Shown here: in pieces, positions 55,527 through 64,000 of the stretch | Layout of the letters: each line of letters opens with the position of its first letter | How positions within the stretch are numbered: position 1 is the stretch's first letter | Assembly (NCBI GenBank): GCA_964492845.1 | Contig: CAZBMZ010000031.1 | Span: 2,181-66,180, forward strand | DNA length: 64,000 bases | Source of the DNA: an uncultured Clostridia bacterium | Lineage (GTDB): Bacteria > Acidobacteriota > Blastocatellia > Chloracidobacteriales > JADJPF01 | Direction of reading: 5' to 3' | Made by a program: the position numbers and the translations under genes | Notes under the pieces: generated by a model | Told to the model about the DNA's origin: nothing | What the model saw: the letters and a program-made list of their open reading frames with translations, nothing else | The model's database searches: none

Positions 55527-58500
55527 ATGTCACTAATAAGTTTTATCAGAAAAATAATTGTAAGTAGCACATTTTTGCTACTTTGTATTACTTTTTGTGT
55601 AAACACTATTTATGCTCAAGACAATCAAGTTTACTTTGACCATATTACTCAAGAACAAGGTCTTTCTAATAATGGAATACTTTCAATATTACAAGATCAT
55701 AAAGGCTTTATATGGATAGGGACAGAATTTGGCTTAAATCGCTATGATGGACAAATTAAATCTTATCAATATCCTGACACTCTGCCTGTTAAAAGAATAC
55801 TTTGTCTTTATGAAGATAAAGCTAATAACTTATGGATTGGTTCAACCGAAGGATTACTAAAGTATAATAGACAGGCAGACTCTTTTAGCAAAATCCCTCT
55901 TTGTGATGACACACTTACTAGCATAACTAGCTGGATAAGCAGCATTTATCAAGATAAAAATAATATTCTTTGGTTAGGCACTAATTGGGGCTTAGTAAGA
56001 TTAGATATAAATAATAATCAATGTGAACGTTATTTGCTTAAGGAAAAAACTGTAGATACTAATTATTCTCCTGTTTACGGTATAGTTGAAGATCATTATG
56101 GTACTTTATGGGTTAGCACTAATGACAAACTAAAAATTTTTGACCGCTTAACTAAAACTTCTACAGATATAATAAAATTAGATACAAAAAATGCTTTTTT
56201 TAACATAGCTTATAACAATATAGCATTACATCCTAATGGAAATCTATTTGTTGGTAGTACGGAAGGGCTTTATCTAGTAAATACACAAACTAAACAAATA
56301 GTAAGTAAGTATGAGCAAGTAAATAACGAACAAATAACGTCTTTACTTTTAGCTGATTCAAAGACTCTTTATGTAGGTACTTTTAAGTCAGGACTTTTTA
56401 AGATAGATTTAACTACAAATAAAACTACTAATTATAGAAATAATCCAGAAGATCCTAATAGCTTACTTGGCAATACTGTTTTTGCTTTATTTCAAGATAA
56501 AGGCGGGGTTTTATGGGTTGGAGATGGTTCTTATGGATTAAATAAATTATCTCCATATAGAAACTTATTTCGTCTTTATCAAAACAATCCTTTTAATAAA
56601 AATTCATTAAGTAATAACTATATTAGAGGAATTTTTGATGACTCCAATGGTTTTGTTTGGGTAGCAACACAATATGGGGGCCTTAACAAATTAGAGCTTC
56701 AAACAGGAAAAGTTATTCGTTATCAAGATAAAATAGAAGGTATTTCCTTGGGTAGCAGTTTGGTTTGGAATATTTATAAGGATAGCCAAAATATTCTTTG
56801 GATAGGGCTTTTTCCTGATATTTTAGCTAAAGAAGGACAGCTTAATACAGATTTTACTATTATAGATACTACACTAGATAAAAATATTACTACAAAGCTT
56901 GTATATTCTGGAAAAGTATTTCATGAAGATCGACAAGGTACTTTATGGATTGGCACAGCAAACAATTTATATTCAATAAGTAAAGATCGACAAGTTATTA
57001 AAGATTATAAAAAGCAATATTTAGATAAATGGGTAATTGGGGAAGATATACAAGCAATTTTTGAAGATAGCCAAGGAAAAATTTGGGTAGGGACTGAACG
57101 AGGTTTTTTAGTTGTAGATACAGAAACTAACCAAAATACTTTTTATACAGGCTATATTTCTGGAATTTATATTTCAGATAGTTATATATGTAGTTTTTGG
57201 GAAGATGAAAGCAAAAATATTTGGATTGCAACAAAAGGTTCTGGAGTTTTACGCTTTAATCCACAAAAAAATGAATTTACTGTAATAACAGAAAAAGATG
57301 GACTACCTCATAATAATACTTACGCTATTTTAGGAGATTCAAAAAATACTCTTTGGATAAGTAGCGATAATGGCTTGGCTCATTATGATCCAGGCAAAAA
57401 AACATTTGAACTTTTTGGCGTTAATGATGGGTTACAAGGCAAAGAATTTAATCGATATGCTTTTTTTAAGAGTTCAAGAGGAGAATTATTTTTTGGTGGA
57501 ACTAATGGATTAAATAGCTTTTATCCAGAACAAATTATTAAAAACAATGTTCCTCCAAAAGTTATTATTACTGATTTTTTGGTTAATGGTGTAAGACTAG
57601 ATTTTGATCAAAATAATTTAGAGCTAAATTACACACAAAAATCTTTATCAATTAAATTTGCTGCAATAGATTTTAATGCTCCAGAGAATAATCTTTATAA
57701 TTATCGCCTAGTTGGTTTTGATCCAAATTGGATACAAGCACGTGGTCAAAAAGAAGTTATTTATAATAATTTAGACCCAGGCAACTATACTTTTGAAGTT
57801 CGAGCAACTAATAACCATCAAATTTGGAGCGACAAAATAACAGAGCTAAAATTTACAGTTTTACCTCCTCCTTGGCGTAATAATTGGGCTTATTTACTTT
57901 ATAGTGTAATGCTTATAGGGAGCATTTCGGCTATTGTTAGCTATCAAACTAATAAGCTAAAAATAGCAGCCAATATAAAGGAAGCAAAATTAAGGGCAGA
58001 ATCTGCTGAAATGGCAACAAAAGCAGCACTCCTAGAAGCAAAAGCGGCAGAACTTCAAACAAAAGCGGCTCAAGTTCAAACAGAAAGCTTGGAAAGAGAA
58101 AACCAACAACGTATAAAGAATGAATTAGAAATTAAACAAAAAAATCAAGACCTAGAGGAAGCTAACTTAAAATTAAAAGAACTAGATGAAATTAAAGCTA
58201 AGTTTACTGCCATGTTAGTTCATGACTTAAAGTCTCCTTTAACTGTAATTAGTTCTACTTTAGATATTCTCTTAGAAGATAAAAAAGATATTGTAAAGTC
58301 ACAATTAATTAATACTTCTCGAAAAAGCGTTAAAAAAATAGTTGATTTAGTTAATGAAGTTTTGGAGTTTTACCGAACTAATTCTGAGGAGATGAAACTA
58401 GAGTTTCAGCCTACAAACCTTTTAGACTTAATTACTTATTCTGTAGAAGGAGCAAAAATAGCTGCTAGAGATAAAAATATTTTAGTTAAATTTTACCCAG

Positions 58501-59369
58501 ACTCACAAATACCTTTAGTTTCTGCTGATGCTAATAAATTAGAAAGGGTTTTTAGTAATTTATTTTCTAATGCTCTTAAATTTACTCCTAAAAATGGAAA
58601 AATAACAGTTGAGATTTCAACACAAAAAGGTAGTGGTGTAGAAACAGGATTAACATTTGTTAATATTTCCATAACAGATACTGGAGAAGGAATTTTAGCT
58701 GAAGAATTACCTTATATTTTTGAGCCTTATCGACAAGCTAAGTCTAGCCAAGCTAAAGCAGGTGTAGGATTAGGTCTTTCTATTGTTAAACGTATTATTG
58801 CTGCTCATAGTGGTAATATTTCTGTACATAGCCAAATAGGGGTTGGTAGTTGTTTTACTATAACTTTACCTGCTTTAGCTTGTTTAATTGCAGACTTACC
58901 TAAAAATCAAGAAAATTTGACTAGTATTTCAAAAGAAAATAAACAAATACTAAATAGTGAACTAGCTAAAGATAAAAGAATTTTGATTGCAGATGATGAA
59001 AAAATTAATCAAAAAATAATATTATCAAAATTAAAAAGTATTGGTTATCAAGTAGATATTGCTAATAATGGAAAAGAAGCTGTAGAAATGTTTTTATCTA
59101 GTAAATATGATCTTGTATTAATGGATCATTATATGCCAGAAAAAGATGGACTATTAGCTAGTAAAGAAATTAGAGATTATGAAAATAAACAAAAAGAAAA
59201 TAAACATACGCCAATTATTATTATTACTGCTAATGCTATTAGTGAAATGGAAATAGATTATAAAGATACTTGTATAGATGATTTTATAGAAAAACCATTT
59301 AATATAGAAAAACTTGCAAGTACTGTCCAAGAATGGTTGTTTGATAAAGAAGCAAAAGTCTTAAATTAA
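55527..59369 (+). CDS. Hybrid sensor histidine kinase: beta-propeller (Reg_prop) repeats, Y_Y_Y domain, TM, coiled-coil, HisKA, HATPase_c, receiver
   Basis: Repeated D..G.IW+GT..GL motifs, then NLDPGNYTFEVRATN (Y_Y_Y). H-box FTAMLVHDLKSPL, G-boxes DTGEGI / GVGLGLSIVKRI, receiver ILIADDE...DLVLMDHYMPEKDG. Confidence 0.9.
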   Translation: MSLISFIRKIIVSSTFLLLCITFCVNTIYAQDNQVYFDHITQEQGLSNNGILSILQDHKGFIWIGTEFGLNRYDGQIKSYQYPDTLPVKRILCLYEDKANNLWIGSTEGLLKYNRQADSFSKIPLCDDTLTSITSWISSIYQDKNNILWLGTNWGLVRLDINNNQCERYLLKEKTVDTNYSPVYGIVEDHYGTLWVSTNDKLKIFDRLTKTSTDIIKLDTKNAFFNIAYNNIALHPNGNLFVGSTEGLYLVNTQTKQIVSKYEQVNNEQITSLLLADSKTLYVGTFKSGLFKIDLTTNKTTNYRNNPEDPNSLLGNTVFALFQDKGGVLWVGDGSYGLNKLSPYRNLFRLYQNNPFNKNSLSNNYIRGIFDDSNGFVWVATQYGGLNKLELQTGKVIRYQDKIEGISLGSSLVWNIYKDSQNILWIGLFPDILAKEGQLNTDFTIIDTTLDKNITTKLVYSGKVFHEDRQGTLWIGTANNLYSISKDRQVIKDYKKQYLDKWVIGEDIQAIFEDSQGKIWVGTERGFLVVDTETNQNTFYTGYISGIYISDSYICSFWEDESKNIWIATKGSGVLRFNPQKNEFTVITEKDGLPHNNTYAILGDSKNTLWISSDNGLAHYDPGKKTFELFGVNDGLQGKEFNRYAFFKSSRGELFFGGTNGLNSFYPEQIIKNNVPPKVIITDFLVNGVRLDFDQNNLELNYTQKSLSIKFAAIDFNAPENNLYNYRLVGFDPNWIQARGQKEVIYNNLDPGNYTFEVRATNNHQIWSDKITELKFTVLPPPWRNNWAYLLYSVMLIGSISAIVSYQTNKLKIAANIKEAKLRAESAEMATKAALLEAKAAELQTKAAQVQTESLERENQQRIKNELEIKQKNQDLEEANLKLKELDEIKAKFTAMLVHDLKSPLTVISSTLDILLEDKKDIVKSQLINTSRKSVKKIVDLVNEVLEFYRTNSEEMKLEFQPTNLLDLITYSVEGAKIAARDKNILVKFYPDSQIPLVSADANKLERVFSNLFSNALKFTPKNGKITVEISTQKGSGVETGLTFVNISITDTGEGILAEELPYIFEPYRQAKSSQAKAGVGLGLSIVKRIIAAHSGNISVHSQIGVGSCFTITLPALACLIADLPKNQENLTSISKENKQILNSELAKDKRILIADDEKINQKIILSKLKSIGYQVDIANNGKEAVEMFLSSKYDLVLMDHYMPEKDGLLASKEIRDYENKQKENKHTPIIIITANAISEMEIDYKDTCIDDFIEKPFNIEKLASTVQEWLFDKEAKVLN

Positions 59370-59462
59370 GTTTGGAAAAAAACTGAAAAAATAGTTAGAC
59401 AGCTAATAAAAAATTATGTTAAGTTTCCAAGCACTACTTAACTTAATAGGTACAAAAACAAA

Positions 59463-60029
59463 ATGCTAAATGTCCAAACGTTTCTCTTAAAGCTAATTAA
59501 ACAAAGCTTGGCTTTAGCTATAATTTTTTGCCTAAGTGGAATGGCAAGTATAGTTTGCTGTTTTACCAAGTGCCAAGTAGACCTAGAAACTACTTGTCAT
59601 CAAAATTCTACTAGTTTTACAGAAAATAGTTGTCAGGAAAGCGATTTTGAAGAATCAGAAACTTGTGCTGTTAGTGAAATTTCATTAGAAAGTAGTTGTA
59701 GTGAAAACAATAGTGAAAATTGTTGTTCTACAAATGAATCTTCAACTGAAAATCTAGATAATTCAAACACTTGTGAATTTCTTTTAAGTACTGATCTTGA
59801 GGATGGTTTTAATAGTGATTCTAGTTGTAAAATTAAATGTTGTTTACCTTCTGAAGAAGTTCTAGATATTCCTAGAATTCCTAGGCTAGATGACCTAAAA
59901 ACTATAACTGTTACAGAAATTTCTTATTCTAATATTTTTCAAGAACAAACAGTTTTTTTTATCTTTCCAATTAAAAAGTTAGTCAATCAAGAAAAAACCT
60001 ACCTACGATGCTGTGTATTCCTAATTTAA
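59463..60029 (+). CDS. Cysteine-rich acidic membrane-anchored protein (hypothetical)
   Basis: 188-aa ORF with an N-terminal hydrophobic segment LALAIIFCLSGMASIVCCF. S/E/N/C-rich middle with about 20 Cys, including CC pairs. C-terminus ..TYLRCCVFLI. No SD seen, so the coding status is less certain. Confidence 0.4.
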   Translation: MLNVQTFLLKLIKQSLALAIIFCLSGMASIVCCFTKCQVDLETTCHQNSTSFTENSCQESDFEESETCAVSEISLESSCSENNSENCCSTNESSTENLDNSNTCEFLLSTDLEDGFNSDSSCKIKCCLPSEEVLDIPRIPRLDDLKTITVTEISYSNIFQEQTVFFIFPIKKLVNQEKTYLRCCVFLI

Positions 60030-60133
60030 AAATAACTTTTAGCTAAATCTTTTCTCTTTATTAACTTAGGTTAGTTAATTAACTATCCTTTTAGCTAAAA
60101 ACTTAAAATTTACTTAAATTAGGAGATTTTGTT

Positions 60134-60574
60134 ATGTCAAATTTGAAATCATTTTTAGTTAGTTTTGCTTTAATTCTTACCATATTTGCTTTACCTGTTT
60201 TTGCTCAAGAAAAGAACACAGGTGAAAAGTCTAATCAAACAACAGAAGCTAAAACACATTGCGAAGAAAAGGCAGAAGGAAAGTCTTGTTGTGCTTCTAA
60301 AACAAGTTGCTCAGAAAAGAAAGTAACCAAAAAAACTTCAAAAACTTCTAAGAGCAAAAGCAAAAAGGTCGCATATAATTCTAGTTCCTGCTGTGTAGAA
60401 GATAAAAGCTGTTGTGTAATAGACAAAAATTGCTGTGATAGCAAAGACAGCAAGAAAAATATCCAAAATGTTAGCTTAAAAACTAGCAATGTCCAAAATG
60501 AAGATTGTTGTTCAACAGATGGCAAATGTTGTTTGATAGATAAAAATTGCTGTGATGGCAAAGCTAGCAGCTAA
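60134..60574 (+). CDS. Secreted lysine- and cysteine-rich protein with CC-x-x-D-x-x-CC-x-IDKNCCD repeats (putative metal-binding)
   Basis: Strong SD (AGGAG) and signal peptide MSNLKSFLVSFALILTIFALPVFAQE. 16 Cys. Internal duplication SCCVEDKSCCVIDKNCCDSK / DCCSTDGKCCLIDKNCCDGK. Followed by a strong terminator. Confidence 0.65.
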   Translation: MSNLKSFLVSFALILTIFALPVFAQEKNTGEKSNQTTEAKTHCEEKAEGKSCCASKTSCSEKKVTKKTSKTSKSKSKKVAYNSSSCCVEDKSCCVIDKNCCDSKDSKKNIQNVSLKTSNVQNEDCCSTDGKCCLIDKNCCDGKASS

Positions 60575-60594
60575 ATAGCTAATTTAATGAAAAT

Positions 60595-60624
60595 AAAAGG
60601 GTAGATGGCTACCCTTTTATTTTG
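60595..60624 (+). terminator. Rho-independent terminator after the Cys-rich gene
   Basis: AAAAGGGTAG-ATGG-CTACCCTTTT followed by ATTTTG. Confidence 0.8.
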
Positions 60625-60652
60625 TAAAGTTAAGCAGGAGTTTTAAAGATTT

Positions 60653-60880
60653 ATGGGTAAATCAGAAGAAAACTTAAGTGATTTGGCAAAAAAACTTACA
60701 GATTTAGAAAATCAACTTCAAACAAACATGTCTCAAGAAGATGTAGAAACAGCTATTAAGGATTTTTCTAGTGCCTTAACAACCTTAAAAGAATTACAAA
60801 AAGAAATTTTGACTGACTCAGCACTAAGTTCAGCAAAAAAAATAGAAAAGCCAGATGAAGATAGCCCTTTTGAAACTTAA
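60653..60880 (+). CDS. Small acidic helical hypothetical protein
   Basis: 75 aa, SD GGAG. Its stop abuts the stop of the convergent kinase gene. Confidence 0.4.
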   Translation: MGKSEENLSDLAKKLTDLENQLQTNMSQEDVETAIKDFSSALTTLKELQKEILTDSALSSAKKIEKPDEDSPFET

Positions 60881-63800
60881 CTAAAAATTTTCTTGGGTAG
60901 AGGCTTCTATATCTTCTATTAGTGCTTGAACCTTTAATTTATCCCTCATAAACTCTGTTAAATCAATATTATCTGGTAAATTATCACAAAGTTCTTGAAT
61001 AATTTCTTTGGCTTTTTCAAGTTCCTTTAAAGCTTCGTCCATTTGACCAAACATCCAAAAAGTATTTGCTAAACCATAATGAGCTTGCCACTTGTAGGTT
61101 GGGTGAATAATTCGCTGGCAAAGTTCTATAGCTATTTGATAGTTTTGTTGGGCTGCTTCTACTTGTCCTAACTGTTCATTAGTGTAAGCTAAAGCACAAT
61201 AGGCTTCAGCCATTAATCTATTTTGTCCTAGTTTATTATGTTCTTCTAAGGCTTTTTCAAGCTTACGTAAAGCATCATGATAAATACCTAATTCTAGGCT
61301 AACTAAACCTAAATTGTGATTAGCTAAAGTTTTTGCTCCTACATTATCCATACTATTAGCAATATTAAGTAATTTCTCGTAACATTCACGGGCCGCATCT
61401 AATTCACTTAAATAGCGGTAAACATCTCCGCGTCCGTTTTCAAAAATTGCTTCATCTATTTTAGCTTCTAAAATATAAGCTAGTTCTAGCCCACAATCAA
61501 AAGCTTCTAAAGCTTTATCTAATTGCATTGTTTGAAGATAGAGTTGACCCATACGACGTAAGGCGGTTAATTCTCCAAAACGGTCTTTGTTGTTATGAGC
61601 CATTTTTAAGGCTTGTTCTACCAGTATAAAACCTTGTTTGAATTTCCCTGTTAAGCCATAAGTACTACCTAATAAAGATAAAATTTGGTTTTCTGTGCTA
61701 ATAACTTTTTGTTGACGTGCAATGGTTAGATTAGCTTCTAATATGTTAAGTGTTTCTTCTGTCTTTCCTAATGCTGTAAGAATTTGGGCTAGCATTAGTG
61801 ATAACTGGCTTTCTAGCTTGGTATCTCCAAGAGATCGAGCAGCCTTTAAGCCTATTTCTGTTGCTTCTCGTGCTTGCTCAAAATTACTTAAATAATACTC
61901 TATTTGACTTTTAATTAAATTACTATGACAAATAATTGTTTGATTTTGCTCAAATTTAGTTAATTGTTGGGCTTTTGCAAGGTCTTGTTGAGCTTTTTCT
62001 ATTTGTCCTAAATGTAAAGCGATACGAGCCGAGCCTAAATAAAGCTGTGCCTGCTCTTCTAAATTAGGCGGATTTCCTTCTTCCTGCATTTCTGAAGCAG
62101 CATTTAATGCCCAATTATAATATTTTTCTGCCTCTACAACGTCCTGGCGTGAAAGTGCTGCTTCTGCTGCAAGACGGCCATAATAAAAAGTTTTTTCTAT
62201 TTCTCCTGATTCATAATAATGGTGAAGTAGTGCTGTACTGTGACGAAGCAATTTTTGTTGGTTATTTTTTACTAAGTCCTCAATGGCTTTGGCTACTTGT
62301 AAATGTAGCTTGCGTCTACGTCGCTTAGGTGTTGCTTCATAAAGTACAAATTGAACTGTTGGATCAGTAAATAAATATTCTTCTTCTTTACTTTCTGTTT
62401 CTTGCAATATTCTTGCTTTTATTGCCTTTTCCAAAGAATCAATTAATGTGTCTTCCGACAATCCAGTAAATTTCTCTAGTAGATCAAAAGTAAATTGCTG
62501 ACCTATTATTGCTGCTTGACGTAAGATATCTAATGTATCTTGGCTAGTTTGTCCTAATTTTATTTCTGCTAACTGTTGTAAACTTTCAGGTAACACAAAA
62601 TCTTTAATATTTTCACAGTGCCAAGCTTCTGCTGATAAAGTTATTTTTCTTTCGTTAATTAGGTAACGAACTACTTCAACAACATAGTAGGGATTGCCTC
62701 TAGAAACTTCCCAAATTCTTTCAACATCTCGTTCAATTATTTCTAAGCGGCCAAAAATACCATCTAACATATTTCTTAATTCAGCTTGACTTAATGGAGT
62801 TAACTTTATGGTTTCATAGCCTCCAGAACGAGATAGAGAAACTAACCACTCTTGGCAAGGGTGACCTTTTTGGGTTGCTTTTTCACTATTAACTAAAAAA
62901 ACAAATAATGTTTGACTAGGGAAATTACGTATTAAATAAGAAAGAAATTCTAAATTAACATGAGCATATTCTAAGCTATCAAATATTAATGCTCCTATTT
63001 GAATAGTTGAGGAAATAGTATTTGCTAGACTTTCAAAAACTGACCATTTTTCACTTTCATCTAGGCTACGACCTTCAAAAATATACTCAGGCAAAGTTAT
63101 ACCTGTTTTTTCTGCAACTATAGGAATTAAATCTGATTCTTGAGATAGTGACTGACGACGAACATTAAATATTCTTCGGAGTAAATCTAGCCAAGGCTGA
63201 AAAGGCAATTGTGCGCGGCTTGTTGGCTCATAAAATTTAGTTAGCAAAACAGGGATATTTTGCTTTTTTAACCATTTAGTAAACTCTTCTCCTAACTGAG
63301 ATAGTCCAACACCTTTTTCCCCTAAAACTACCACTGGCCTAGCTTTTCCAGCTAACAAGTTTTGATACTCTGCAATTAGTCTTTCTAATTCCTTTTTTCT
63401 GCCTACAAAATTATTAAAATCTGGGTTTACTTTAACTAATCTACGACTAATAGTATCTAAACGTAAGGGTGTAACAGGCTCAGTGCGGTTATTTTGGATA
63501 GGGGACAAGTCAGCACTAGATACTCTATTTTTACTATGCGCTCCTGTGTTAGTAGTACGTAAATGACCAATTCCTGAGTTAGTTAAGAGTTCTTGTCCAA
63601 ATTCCTGGGCTGAATTTGGACGCTCATCAGCCGTTTTACTTAAAGCTCTTAAAATAACAGCTTCTAGATCCATAGGAATATTAGGCCGGAACTGTCTTAA
63701 AGATGGAGGTGTTTTTTCTACATGAGCTTGTAGGATTTCAATAATTGATGACTCATTAAATGGTAAACGACCAGTTAACATCTCATAGGCAATTATTGCT

Positions 63801-64000
63801 AAGGAATATATATCAGAGCGAGCATCTAATTCTCGGCTATAACATTGTTCTGGTGACATATAATGAGGTGTGCCAAGAATGTTATTAACTTGGGTTAATG
63901 CCTCGCCTGCACGTACTTTAACAATACCAAAATCAACTACTTTAACTAATTCTGTGCCATCTTTAAGCTTATGTAGTAATATGTTAGAAGGCTTAAGATC
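60881..64000 (-). CDS. Ser/Thr protein kinase - AAA/STAND ATPase-like - TPR protein, 5' end beyond window
   Basis: The track ORF starts at an internal Met (63859). The same frame stays open to base 64000 and reads DLKPSNILLHKLKDGTELVKVVDFGIVKVRAGEALTQVNNILGTPHYMSPEQ (kinase subdomains VIb-VIII). Downstream are an AAA_16-like region (FVGRKKELERL...VVVLGEKGVGLSQL) and many TPR repeats. Confidence 0.85.
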   Translation of the reverse strand, partial: DLKPSNILLHKLKDGTELVKVVDFGIVKVRAGEALTQVNNILGTPHYMSPEQCYSRELDARSDIYSLAIIAYEMLTGRLPFNESSIIEILQAHVEKTPPSLRQFRPNIPMDLEAVILRALSKTADERPNSAQEFGQELLTNSGIGHLRTTNTGAHSKNRVSSADLSPIQNNRTEPVTPLRLDTISRRLVKVNPDFNNFVGRKKELERLIAEYQNLLAGKARPVVVLGEKGVGLSQLGEEFTKWLKKQNIPVLLTKFYEPTSRAQLPFQPWLDLLRRIFNVRRQSLSQESDLIPIVAEKTGITLPEYIFEGRSLDESEKWSVFESLANTISSTIQIGALIFDSLEYAHVNLEFLSYLIRNFPSQTLFVFLVNSEKATQKGHPCQEWLVSLSRSGGYETIKLTPLSQAELRNMLDGIFGRLEIIERDVERIWEVSRGNPYYVVEVVRYLINERKITLSAEAWHCENIKDFVLPESLQQLAEIKLGQTSQDTLDILRQAAIIGQQFTFDLLEKFTGLSEDTLIDSLEKAIKARILQETESKEEEYLFTDPTVQFVLYEATPKRRRRKLHLQVAKAIEDLVKNNQQKLLRHSTALLHHYYESGEIEKTFYYGRLAAEAALSRQDVVEAEKYYNWALNAASEMQEEGNPPNLEEQAQLYLGSARIALHLGQIEKAQQDLAKAQQLTKFEQNQTIICHSNLIKSQIEYYLSNFEQAREATEIGLKAARSLGDTKLESQLSLMLAQILTALGKTEETLNILEANLTIARQQKVISTENQILSLLGSTYGLTGKFKQGFILVEQALKMAHNNKDRFGELTALRRMGQLYLQTMQLDKALEAFDCGLELAYILEAKIDEAIFENGRGDVYRYLSELDAARECYEKLLNIANSMDNVGAKTLANHNLGLVSLELGIYHDALRKLEKALEEHNKLGQNRLMAEAYCALAYTNEQLGQVEAAQQNYQIAIELCQRIIHPTYKWQAHYGLANTFWMFGQMDEALKELEKAKEIIQELCDNLPDNIDLTEFMRDKLKVQALIEDIEASTQENF

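Noticed and set aside
60235-60561. 108-aa minus-strand ORF
   Set aside because: It is antisense to the Cys/Lys-rich secreted-protein gene. That plus-strand gene has the SD, signal peptide and terminator.
1-64000. Search for tRNA, rRNA, tmRNA or IS transposase genes in the longer intergenic regions (1070..1504, 3920..4367, 6489..7115, 33589..34021, 44048..44533)
   Set aside because: I saw no GTTCGAATC-type T-arm, no cloverleaf-compatible segments, no rRNA-like conserved blocks and no transposase ORFs. These regions look like AT-rich promoter or spacer DNA with only short low-significance palindromes.

Overview
AT-rich, gene-dense bacterial chromosomal segment. I found about 50 credible protein genes and no rRNA, tRNA, CRISPR array or classical IS transposase. 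The repertoire includes an ADOP/MacB-type permease, two giant NHL/IPT repeat proteins, a CarboxypepD_reg-type TonB-dependent barrel, Hanks kinases and Uma2/Rpn nucleases. This resembles Acidobacteriota-like soil bacteria, but that taxonomic call is inference only. All family calls come from motif recognition in the supplied translations; no searches were run. Housekeeping blocks include a chorismate mutase / prephenate dehydratase / DAHP synthase operon, pta, a FGGY sugar kinase, a CysQ-like phosphatase, a CDF transporter beside a Fur-family repressor, three ABC systems and an OmpA-family protein. The most interesting items follow. (1) A minus-strand three-gene operon (49597..53768) encodes a Hanks kinase fused to an FhaA-like DUF3662+FHA module. 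It also encodes a 453-aa protein whose conserved-looking segments follow the order and spacing of protein-primed family-B polymerase motifs A/B/C. The third product is a 169-aa basic protein that reminds me of Streptomyces terminal protein Tpg. Together they could be a kinase-controlled Tap/Tpg-like protein-priming module outside actinomycete linear replicons (hypothesis, unverified). (2) A candidate Phe leader-peptide attenuator lies upstream of the Phe operon: a 32-codon ORF below the ORF-track cutoff with 6 Phe codons in 12, plus 1:2, 2:3 and 3:4 pairings that I could trace by hand. (3) Two tandem M4 thermolysin-like protease genes share an apparently identical ~1.98-kb core but have diverged ends, promoters and terminators, which points to gene conversion. 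(4) A structured ~45-75-bp repeat flanks an Rpn/DUF4351 nuclease gene, and one copy is bracketed by an 11-bp direct repeat. (5) The Fur-family gene appears leaderless, with two perfect palindromes at its promoter. (6) Two cysteine-rich genes sit downstream of a hybrid sensor kinase.
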